DNA of 55,724 bases, the filler included, from Sphacelaria rigidula (lineage: Eukaryota), in NCBI GenBank assembly GCA_964200075.2. It is 6 parts of 6 records of this genome, joined end to end, with 100 filler letters (N's around TTAATTAATTAA, not from the genome) between each part and the next. Parts side by side here need not be neighbours in the genome. Positions count along the whole stretch, not along the records: positions 1 to 9,205 come from CAXNAA020009047.1; positions 9,306 to 18,510 come from CAXNAA020009048.1; 4 more parts are not named here. One strand, 5' to 3'. Position 1 is the stretch's first letter. Each line of letters begins with the position of its first letter. This document shows positions 1 to 9,765 of the stretch, piece by piece. Both the position numbers and the translations under genes were made by a program. The notes under the pieces are model-generated. The model saw nothing but the letters and a program-made list of their open reading frames with translations. It was not told the origin of the DNA and did no database searches.

Positions 1-168
1 GAAATACCAAACTGTAGTGAAGTGCGAAAGTGCAGAGAGTTGAGGATACTATATGCAGCGGAATCAGCCAAAAGAAAATGGCTGGGATTGGATTTTCGGG
101 TACAGTCAATTTTGTGCCGCGCGGTGCCGCACAAGCTGTAGCACCATTCCCGAGCTCAATACTCGGTC

Positions 169-400
169 GTTTTCGATGAATTTTGACATGATGTACAGGA
201 CGTATGTGCAAACACCCCTTCGTTCCTCCCATGTGTATTTCTTCTTTTCTTCGCGAGTTATTGGCGACGGAACATTTCAGAATATTGTTTACGGAACACA
301 ATTGTCAATAAGTCACGCAGAAAAACAAAAAAAATATAGGAGGAAAGGTTCGGTATCCGCACATACGTCCTGTACATCGTGTCTGGTTTTGATCGAAAAC
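169..400. mobile_element. Palindromic (foldback) MITE-like element, family P, copy 1
   Basis: Left arm GTTTTCGATGAATTTTGACATGATGTACAGGACGTATGTGC is the near reverse complement of right arm GCACATACGTCCTGTACATCGTGTCTGGTTTTGATCGAAAAC. A second copy lies at 814-1098. Confidence 0.7.
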
Positions 401-560
401 AGCTTGGAATTTAACAGCATAAAGGCGTTTATAAGGCTACTACCCCTTGGTGTGGGAGTGGTAGTCTCAGGAGCCACGACTCCAGGGTTGATATAAGAAG
501 TGCCTCGAGAGGGCACCAGGAGCGGTGCCATCCCGAGGTTGGAGTATGACCACCACTCTG

Positions 561-640
561 GACACGGGATGACAATGACCCGGACGGGATAGACAACGAT
601 CCGGACGGGATAGTCATTGACCCGGTCAGGATAGACAAAT
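561..640 (+). repeat. Degenerate 21-bp tandem repeat (~3-4 copies, core CCGGACGGGATAG)
   Basis: CCGGACGGGATAGACAACGAT / CCGGACGGGATAGTCATTGAC / CCGGTCAGGATAGACAA read directly. Confidence 0.7.
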
Positions 641-813
641 GTTCTCGAGAACGTTCCCGGAACCATGCCGGAGATATGAACGTTCCTGGAACGAAAGGGC
701 GGTTGTAGACACGTGGAAGACTTGTGTACTACCCTGGTACTCACATTTGAATTATTCGTAACTGCTCCACCTCAATATACTGTAGTAACCGGTTGTCGAC
801 GGAATGGCGCATA

Positions 814-1098
814 TTCTTCGCTCAATTTTAGATCGTTGTCGATGACATTTTGACACAATGTACAGGGCGTGTGTGTGTGTGGGAATACCAAACCTTCAAT
901 CCCCTGTTTTTATTTATTTTTCTTCCGTGAGTTATTGGCGACAGAAAATTTCCGAACAGTTTTTCGAAACAAAATTGCTAATAACTCACGAAGAAAAATA
1001 AAAATAAAGAACAGGAGATGAAAGGTTTGGTATTCGCGCATACGTCCTGTACATCGTGTCAAAATTTCATCAAAAATGGTCGAAAATTAAGCGAAGAA
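814..1098. mobile_element. Palindromic MITE-like element, family P, copy 2 (a right-arm fragment also occurs at ~2518-2715)
   Basis: TTCTTCGCTCAATTTT...TGACACAATGTACAGG pairs with CCTGTACATCGTGTCAAAA...AAAATTAAGCGAAGAA. The interior matches 169-400. Confidence 0.7.
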
Positions 1099-2724
1099 AA
1101 ATTCGTATGCGTTTCAGCATTCCCGGTGGCTTCTTGGGTGGCCCAGCTCGTATGACGGGATGGGTTTTTACAGCGCATCCCACATGTCCTACCATCCCTC
1201 ACTGAGATGGAAATATCTGGATACACACAGCAGCTCCAGAGACAAATCAATTTGCTCTGTGTAGATAAAACGTATGCTTACCAGTCCTCTAGTTTTTGGC
1301 TACGCGGACCCCTGTGGCACTTCAATCAATGGGGGTAATGCGGAGATATTCTGCGGCAGATACTGCACTATTCCGACCCCCAATCGAATCAATCTTAGGC
1401 TTGAACGACAGCTAGTAGTTAGAATTGCCACCCTGCAGAGTTTCAGTTTGCAGACATCCGTACAGTATCAGGAATCAATCTTCCGTAGATGCTAAATTAA
1501 AGTTCTGGACATTGCCTCCATAATATTGAAAAGGAATAACACTGGTTGGTTGTGTGCCCGAAGGGTATGTTGGGAAATGACTTTTTCGCTCGTACAAACA
1601 GGAACTACTTCTTTACGGGATATCCATCGCTGGTTTGTGAGCTGTGCTGGGTGGAATCGAGCGAGACTGGGATGAGGAGGTAGCTTCCGATACACACTGC
1701 AACTTTGTATCGCTTTTATTGCAATATAACCCTCTGTACACTTCTTTGACTCCATCGCGTCTCCATTTTGGGGCTGGTGACGTGAAACGTGACACAAACC
1801 CTCGGCGTAACACTTTCTGTGAAGCTATTCCTAAGACTAGAACACTTTCTAATGACAATTGCAGGAGATAAGGATATCACAGCCGTGCTGAGCCAGGGGC
1901 ATATCTTGCCAGCCTTGTTGTCTACATCGGCCCCCTGTCGGTCGAGGCTGGCACCAAGACGGGAAATACTGAACAGTGAAGGTTCTCCATATGTCAGAGG
2001 CAGATACCGTTGGTGTTTAGGCGCCGTGTCGAGCAAGACGGGGCCGCGCAGAGTAGCCAAAGATGAGAGGGTGTTTAGCCGAGGAGCACAGCGAATCTGC
2101 TCCTGAAGCGGGCAACGTCTGTTCTCCTACAGTGCCAGACTCACCGTGCCCCCTATCACGGTGGCGTGAGAATGATCAGGGAGGTTTTTGTAGTTTTTTT
2201 CTATCATAATCAACCGGATATTCTGCGACTTCATGGGTCCGCGTGAAGATATTGACATTTCCTTGACAGGCACGCCATCGCCATTTTGTGCACTTCACCT
2301 CATTTTTATTTGCTCGTAGTATGCAATTTCCGCCACCTGCAACAACCTGGCCCGCCAGGTCTACTGCAAGCAGTGTCGCACGTTGTTTGTATCGCGACCA
2401 CATTTTCCTCACTGTATGCAGTAAACTTGTTCAGAGCAAATGCCAGGGGACACACACTACGGAATACCGCGGGGGTAAGCAGGAAGCGTGGGCAGTGAAA
2501 CATATCTGGCAGCAGTAACATCGTGTCAAAAATTTGTCGAAAACGATCCAAAATTGAGCGCACGACCTGCGTTTCAACATGATTCCTGATGATATCTTGG
2601 GCGGCCCAGCTTGTACCCGCACCGCGATCGAAGGCTTAACCGAACGAAAACGCGTTCTGCGCACGGGAGGTGCACACAGAACTGTCTGCCATTCCCAGTA
2701 AAGATCCGATTATCATTGTTCACA

Positions 2725-2860
2725 CTGTTGTGTGTGTTGTGTGTGCGTGTGTTGCCATCCCATCTACTACTACTACTGTGGACGCCAGTCTACACCTTTC
2801 GGTATTTGTGAGCGCACCAGGTGGGGTCACACAACAACAGGAGGACGGCCAATACAACAT
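2725..2860 (+). repeat. Dispersed repeat family G (TGTGTGTTGCCATCCCAT...GGACGCCAGTCT...GGGGTCACACA..GGAGG); further copies at ~6755-7005, ~8013-8600 and reverse at ~32900-33010
   Basis: The same ordered motifs are recognisable in four places in two unlinked contigs. Confidence 0.6.
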
Positions 2861-4899
2861 GAATTATGTGTTATTATTATTCGTATGATTCTAGTACAGT
2901 ATTTCACTCAAATCGAGTAATATCAACCGTGAATATAGTGTAGCCCAGCGCCCACCACACTACTGGCTTCTAAACATACGTTCCCTAAAATCAAACGCAA
3001 ACACGAAATCCTGGTTATTATCCCAAGAAGTGATGATATAAACAGCAAAATTATACACCCGTCTGCAGGCGAAATATTTGAACGAAAATATCACTGACTG
3101 ACTGTCGGGGGATCCACTGACATGGGACATGGGATAAAGTCGGAATACATCGCAACGCCATAATATTAACGCCACCAACCAAAACATAGCACAGAAAGGA
3201 AAAATGAACAATGCATGCACTCCAAACCAACGCAGAAACAGAACCCACCCTAGCTATATCTAGTGAAGAAACGCGAGCGGACACGTATCATCAGAGAAAT
3301 ACTTTTTATCAAAATTCAAGTAAAGACAATATGCTGGCTTATTTTAGACCTTCAGCGAACGGATTGATCCCAAGAGAAATGAACTCTAGAATCAACGTAC
3401 AAACAAAAAAACGAGAGGATCCTTTTGGGGCTGGATTCCCACTAATAATCCGAGGTGAGTTCCTGATTTGCACGCAGGGGCCATTTGTGAACGAGCATAT
3501 TTTTTTCTCGTTTTGAGGTTGAGATGTTAAAATTGCCGATCCACACTAATAAGCGCCTCACACACGCGTGGTTGGTCCACTCCAGTCCCGAAAGGGTTAG
3601 TAACAATGAAAAAAGGAGCCGCGTGCGTTGTTCGAAATGGTATGCCCTTCTACGGCACCAAGATACTGAAGAAAAAGAAAGGTCGAGAAACCGAGAGGTT
3701 GCGGTGCCATTTTAAACACAAAATAAATGCGGATTGTCTGCCTCCGGGCTGATAACTTCATATATATATATATATATGGGAATAAAGTCCTGCTTCTGGC
3801 GCGAACGGTCAAAATCTATACTGTTCCGAGTCTTCCTACGATAGCCCCCCAAAACCAGCCCAAAACTGTCACGAAGGACTTCTCATACAGCGCCTGATGT
3901 TTGGTCTCGAGATGCGTGAAGCGTCTCATATGGGCGACATTGGCGAAAAAAACTTAGTGCGGAAATTCCCAGCTGCTCGTCATGCACGCTTCATTCATTT
4001 CGAGTTACGCGTATAGCAGATACATCTTTCCTCGCCAAACAAAATACTTTTTTAGGGGGAGCTATCGAAGAGTCGTAGAAAGGCTTTTCTTCCTTAGATA
4101 TTTGATATTCGAGAACACTCAACAACAGCTCATTTCGGGCCATTAGGAGGTGATCCGTGTGCATTCTTCCATTGTTGTGGTCATTGAAGAACGGTTGGGT
4201 TTTCAATTTTGTCGTTTGTGTTTTCGTCAAGGCCCCTTCCCTGAATACAGATGTCATTTTGCGGCCGAATTCTGAGCAGCCGGCACTCAAGAGGAGATAC
4301 TGAAACTCGAAAGGAAATATTTTCGTGATCGCGGCAAAGAAAGGTACTCAGAACTGTTGCAAAGCTGTACATACACTGATTTCGAACGGGGAGAAATGAT
4401 TCAAATACAACAGCCAGTCAGCCAGAGAGATTCCAAGCAGCTGTATACACAGTCGACAGCCTTGCCACGTACTGCGGTGTATACACAGCGTATAATACTG
4501 TAGTAGTATAACAGCGAGTAAGCAGATAACCGGAACGGTCGCGTAGAAAGAGACCAGTCCCACAATAGATCCACTGTCTAGAGTGCTGTTCAAAGATATC
4601 TTCTACAACAGAGCCTGCGCATCGGAGACTGAACAACATCAGTCAGGAAGATCGAAAAAAGACAGCGGAAACAGAAAAAGCAAGAGCCGATGACAACGGG
4701 GAGGGAAACCAGGAACTGCGATCTCCCTCGGGTTCTGGCCAAGTACAGTAGCATCGTTATGGAAACACAACAGACAAGGCATGTCACCAGGCTTTACTCC
4801 TGCATCCAGGGCACAATATGTACAACTGACAAAACATTCCTGTATGCATCCCGATCGGCAACAAAAAGCGCCACCATTCCAGCACGATACTCTGGGAGC

Positions 4900-6325
4900 T
4901 CGCTTAGACCGCAAGGGAAGTTCATCTGGATAATGGATGATGTTTTTCAAGCGAAACTGATGCCGACACAACAGATTGCCTACTCTCGCTGTCTGACGGT
5001 AAACCCTCAGACCGCGGTGCGGGTAGTCCATCTGGATCACGAATACTTTTTCCAAGTGGATATTGATGCCGATTCAGCAGGTGATCTACCCTCCTCGCGG
5101 TCTAAGGGTTACCCCGCAGATAACGAGGGTACGTCATCATCTATCTATTGAATCGGCATTAATTTCACTTGTACTCGCCCCAGGTGGACTACCCTCGTGG
5201 TCTAAGCTCCCTTGTGTACCCTGCAGTAGTAGAAGGAATAAGCCCATATTTTTTCTCAGGCACTTATATTGCCAACGCAGAATGATAGTAAGACATTCAG
5301 GCTCCTCTTGAACCTGTCGGGATCAGAGTGAACTAAGCACTGATAAGGGCCCACTGTGAAATCGGGATCACATTCATGTGCAAACGACTGAAGGTGGTGC
5401 CGGATCACAAATGGACCCTGCGTGCGCACCCCTGGTCAGTGATAAAACGGACCCGATTGGATTGACCCTTATTTCATCCCTCAAGTAGACCTAAAACTTT
5501 GGTCATATATCTATGGTTGATAATAACATGACTACTTGATTTTAGTATCGAGAAAGTTCCGAGAAAATTTAGGTCGCCCCACTTCATCCTCCATCTGGAT
5601 CTTGGATACATACTGTACTTTTTTCGAGTGAAATTGGCTCCGAATCCTAGTCTCGCTGTCTGAGGATTAATAGAGGTATCTCAAACTCGGCTCCCGGTAT
5701 CCTGGTTTATTCGCTGGCTCTGATTTGTGTACTGTTTTTTCAAGTGAAAGTGATCGCGATTCATGAGAGGGCCTGACCTGGCAGTCACACGGTCTCATCA
5801 TCTGATGAATCGGCATCACTTTCACTTGAAAAAATAGAACAAAACAAACAGGATACCGGGAGCCGAGTTTGAGATACCTCTCCTTAACTCTTCGGCCGCC
5901 AGGATAGGTCACCTGCTGAATCGGCATCAATTTCACTTGAACGTATATGTGGGCCAGACGGATTACCCGCATCGCGGTCTAAGGGTTGAAGGTTGAATGG
6001 ACAGGTTTCTGTTTTGGCACGAAAGAAAGCTTGAATGTGTACAGAATTCCAGACGCGAAGGAGCCTTTGTTTCATTCGGAGAGTTCACCGCTAACCTCCA
6101 CGGCTGCCACTCTCTTCACCTACCCATTTTCAGCGCTCTGTTTTAACCGGTGATTGAAACAGGGGGAACGAGATTTTCTAACGAGAACGAAAACTGAGGC
6201 CGAAATTGCATACACATAACATCAAAGACTTTATCCTTTCGAAACTCATTGACGATTTTTGTCTCTGTGAATCGACATCATCTTCACTCATTCTCAAGTC
6301 AAAATGATGCCGATTCACAAGAACG
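4900..6325. repeat. Modular array of ~10 copies of TTCAAGTGAAATTGATGCCGATTCA(GCAGGTGA) in both orientations, with an internal hairpin at 5673-5880
   Basis: Forward copies at ~4946, 5051, 5390(deg), 5621(deg), 5737, 6295. Reverse copies at ~5149, 5805, 5910, 6268. GAGGTATCTCAAACTCGGCTCCCGGTATCCTG (5673) has its exact reverse complement at ~5849-5880. Confidence 0.75.
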
Positions 6326-7186
6326 AAAATTGTCATCAATGGTTCCCGAAGCTAAACCGCCTGTGCAGGGTGGATCATCTGAATCTTCACCTTATTTTGC
6401 CGAATAAATCATATGCCAATTACAAAATACCAACACCAAATGTCTGCCGTAAAATCGAAAATCTTCAACGGTTAAATCTCCTCAACCTCAGCGAGCGGTC
6501 GGGGACTGGTCCAAAAGCGGAGGTGCCGACGGTCCTTGATCCTGCGCGGAAGAGCTGCGGAAGGTCGTCAAGCCACCTCCTCTCACACCTCATCACAACC
6601 TCTCAGACAGTCAACAAAATCCTCAAACCTGCCAGGACGGAGAAGTTTACCGGGTTTGCGAAGTCGTCGAGATAACCTGAAACACATACGTCAAGAAGAA
6701 GAGGTGTGTGCGTTTCCGCATTGCAAGTTGAATAAGTGATATTGCGTGGGTGTGTTGAATCAACACTGTGTGCGTGTGCGTTGCATGTTGAATACTATAT
6801 AGCTCTATGTATATATGGCATGTGGTATCATCACTCTGTGTGTTGTCACACTGTTGTGTGTGTGTTGCACATTGAATCAACATTTATTTGTGTGTATTGC
6901 CATCTCATCTATTCTGGATGCCAGTCTACTCCTTATTATCCGTTTTGGTATATCGTATATTAACTGGGCGCATGATTGGCCGGTGTCACACACACGCTGG
7001 GATCTCATCACTGTACTGTATGTGAGCAATACTACGGTAGGAATGCATTTTTTGCAAGAAATCTTGCATTGTTTAGGGGCTCCTGACGATCCTAGATTAC
7101 ACAAGAGTACGGGTCAGGGCATCCCCGTTTGCAAATTTATTCGGGATATCGCTGGCACATTGAAATAGTAATCCTGGGATACTCTG

Positions 7187-7657
7187 AGACCCACTTTTAT
7201 GGCAACGAGTCCCGATTTTACAACTATGAGGATTTCAGCCCATCTACAGGCGATTTTCTCCCGTGGATTGGTTTTTCGGACCCCAGTCCAATGGACAATG
7301 TTTTTCAGCTAGCTATGAGCAAACCAGATCATTTCTCCGATTCTATGGACGTTGACTTTTGGTTCATCACATTTATTCCCAATCGGGACACTCCCGCATC
7401 TCCCCCGATTTTTTTGAAAAATCGGGGGAGATGCGAGGGAGATGCGGGAGTGTCCCGATTTCAGCAGAACGGTGATGTATCGAAAGTCAACGCCCATAAA
7501 ATCGGAGAATTGATCTGGTTTGCTCATAGCTAGCCGAAAAACTTTGCCCAACGGACTGGGGTGCAAAAAATCAATCCACGGGAGAAAATCGCCTGTAGAC
7601 GGGCTGAAATCCTCCTATTATTTGTAAATCGGAATTCGTTGCCATTAAAGTGGGTCT
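7187..7657. mobile_element. ~470-bp fully palindromic foldback element, family B, copy 1
   Basis: Starts AGACCCACTTTTATGGCAACGA and ends TCGTTGCCATTAAAGTGGGTCT. Arms pair through to a centre at TCCCCCGATTTTTTTGAAAAATCGGGGGA. Second copy at 30756-31474. Confidence 0.85.
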
Positions 7658-7660
7658 GAG

Positions 7661-7914
7661 CAGTGATGATACGGTAGGGCTGGTGCACAAATATATTTTG
7701 AGGATGGAATTGTTGGGAGCCCTTGATCTATTCCGAAACACGAATTATGACGTGTGTGAGAGTACGCCAGGATTCCTATCTCAATTTGCTAGGGGTATAC
7801 CCCGAATGAATTTGCAAACGGGGGTGCCCTGATTCTTGTGCGTCTAGAATCGTTGGGAGCCCCCGAGCTAGACAAGATTTTGCGCAAAACGTGCACCCTA
7901 TGGTAGCATTGCTC
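7661..7914 (-). mobile_element. MITE family A, complete copy in reverse orientation, nested inside another A copy
   Basis: CAGTGATGATACGGTAGGG...GGTAGCATTGCTC is the reverse complement of the 45328-45583 element. Confidence 0.7.
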
Positions 7915-8128
7915 CTCTCACACAATTCGTGAGTGGTGTTTTGGATGAGATATAAGTTTCTAACAGTTCGAACCTCAGAAAATATTTGTGCACCCCTACC
8001 ATAGCATCACTCGTGTGTGCGTTGCACGTTGAATCAACACTCTTCTTGTGTGTGCCATCTCATCTTTTCTGGGCGCCACTCTGCTCTTTTTTGTTGTATA
8101 TTATCTGGCGGGCGCATCATTGGTCGTT

Positions 8129-8129
<1 letters not shown>

Positions 8130-8171
<42 letters not shown>
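8130..8171. repeat. (CA)n microsatellite
   Basis: Read directly. Confidence 0.95.
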
Positions 8172-8174
<3 letters not shown>

Positions 8175-9141
8175 GGGAGGTCAACCAAGAGAGTCTTTTT
8201 GTTTATGAACTTGTCCTAGTTTTCCTCCTTCCTTCTGCGATGTTTGCCTCGCCTTTGATCGCGAGCAGGGCTCCGCGGCGTCTCTACTTTCTCTTGTCGG
8301 CGCCATGAAATCGATTTTTTTGTTATCACGAAATAGACGCTCTTCACTGTCGGGCATGATGTGAGCAAACCCCCCAGATTGTGTGATATTTTGTGGGCGC
8401 ATCATCCATCGGGGTCAAATATATTCGCAAGAGGCAAAGGTCAACACAAGAGATTGTTTTAGTCCGTGATTTTGTTCTAGTATCCCGCCTTCTTTCTGCG
8501 GTGTTTGCCTCGATTTGTTTCGCGAGCAACGTTCCGCGGCGTCCCTTTCCCTTGTCAGCGCAATGAAGCCGATTCCTTTGAAATAACGAAATACAGAGCG
8601 CGACAGACGTTGACACACTCTAATTTGGAGCGAGGCTCAGCATCTCATTTTGTCTCCGATTTCGGCAGAAATGCTCAAATCCACATTCTTATTGTTCGAA
8701 AAGGTACAAAACGCCAATCAAATGCTCAATTTAAAATTCTGTTTTTGCACAGGAATAGGAATACGGGGCAATCAAGGTACCCCCTACTCTTATCCTCCGC
8801 CAAAAGGGACTGTAGGTACAGTACTGTGCCGTGCGCCGGCAGTCTAAGACTGTCACTGGTCGCCGTTGATGTGATACCCATTCAAGATGGGGTTTCGAAA
8901 CGGGGATAATCCCTCCCGACGGGAACCCGCCTGAGTCCTGAAATTATTGCGCCGCTAAACGCAAGCTGTAGTTTGCAGTTGACTCAATTAGGAGAACAAA
9001 ATCTGCTCAGCTGAGAGTAAGACTCTATGTGTATAATATCGAGGGGGAGCGAAGTCAAGCTGAGGTTGAGATGGTTCGGAAGACACCCCACGAGTGTGTT
9101 CTGCATGAGTATCATCCGGGTGAACGAGTCATGCTACGATA

Positions 9142-9205
9142 GGGGGTGTACTCATGATCATGCTTGCCGTAGTCATCAGACCATTGACCTCGCATCCCTA
9201 CAAAG
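9142..9205 (-). repeat. Short dispersed element family E, partial, cut by contig end
   Basis: Reverse complement of the 3' part of the full copies at 52345-52504 and 55017-55179. Confidence 0.75.
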
Positions 9206-9305
9206 NNNNNNNNNNNNNNNNNNNNNNNNNNNNNNNNNNNNNNNNNNNNTTAATTAATTAANNNNNNNNNNNNNNNNNNNNNNNNNNNNNNNNNNNNNNN
9301 NNNNN
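9206..9305. other. Artificial contig linker (N44-TTAATTAATTAA-N44)
   Basis: Identical 100-bp spacer with stops in all six frames, occurring five times in the window. Confidence 0.98.
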
Positions 9306-9765
9306 AGCCGCTCTCGTCGCACTGCGTGTGCGACCTGCCATTTGTGGGGGCAGAGACAATTTATCGTCGAGTGCAAGACGGCGTAGCTCCGTCCTTGGAA
9401 TTTCAGGAGCTCCACCGCCCCCCCCGTCGTTGTGCTCGGGGGTGTCTACGGCTGTCGGCGGCGTTGTGACTGTCGGCGGCGATGATGCTGTTGGCGGCGA
9501 CGTGACTGTCGGCGGCGATGATGCTGTTGGCGGCGACGTGACTGTTGGCGGCGATGAGGCTGTCGGCGGCGGCGTGGGCGGCGCTGATCCCCCATCATCA
9601 CTTCGGACAGGGTTGCGTAAAATACCTCGCGTCCCCCCGCTTCTGCAAGGAAGCGGCGAGGTTCCCTCGCCCCCCCCGCCAAGAGCGGGGGTCTGCTGTG
9701 CCGCATCTGCGTCCAGCTCTGGGTTGGGCAGCGAGAAGGACACGTGACGTGAACCGCTGGGTGTA
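9306..9765 (-). mobile_element. Open-frame fragment resembling the Pro/Thr/Gly-rich interdomain linker of an LTR-retrotransposon polyprotein; includes a 36-bp (PPTASSPPTVTS) x3 tandem repeat at ~9450-9570
   Basis: GC-rich open frame ending ...ELRRLALDDKLSLPPQMAGRTRSATRAA at the contig edge. A similar SRTR..RAA motif occurs in the pol linker at ~25260. No catalytic motif is visible. Confidence 0.35.

Larger units (their letters stand above)
7024..8012 (+). mobile_element. MITE family A (~256 bp, TIR GAGCAATGCTAC...GTAGCATCACTC), split into 7024-7185 and 7915-8012 by nested insertions
   Basis: The two halves join to match the uninterrupted copy at 45328-45583. CTCT is duplicated at the break (7182-7185 and 7915-7918). 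Confidence 0.7.

Noticed and set aside
1274..2106. Short protein-like ORFs
   Set aside because: No recognisable motif, no consistent splice pattern, and frequent stops.
4900..6325. CRISPR-like repeat-spacer array
   Set aside because: Repeats occur in both orientations at irregular spacing, the intervening sequences are related to each other, there are no cas genes, and the context is eukaryotic.
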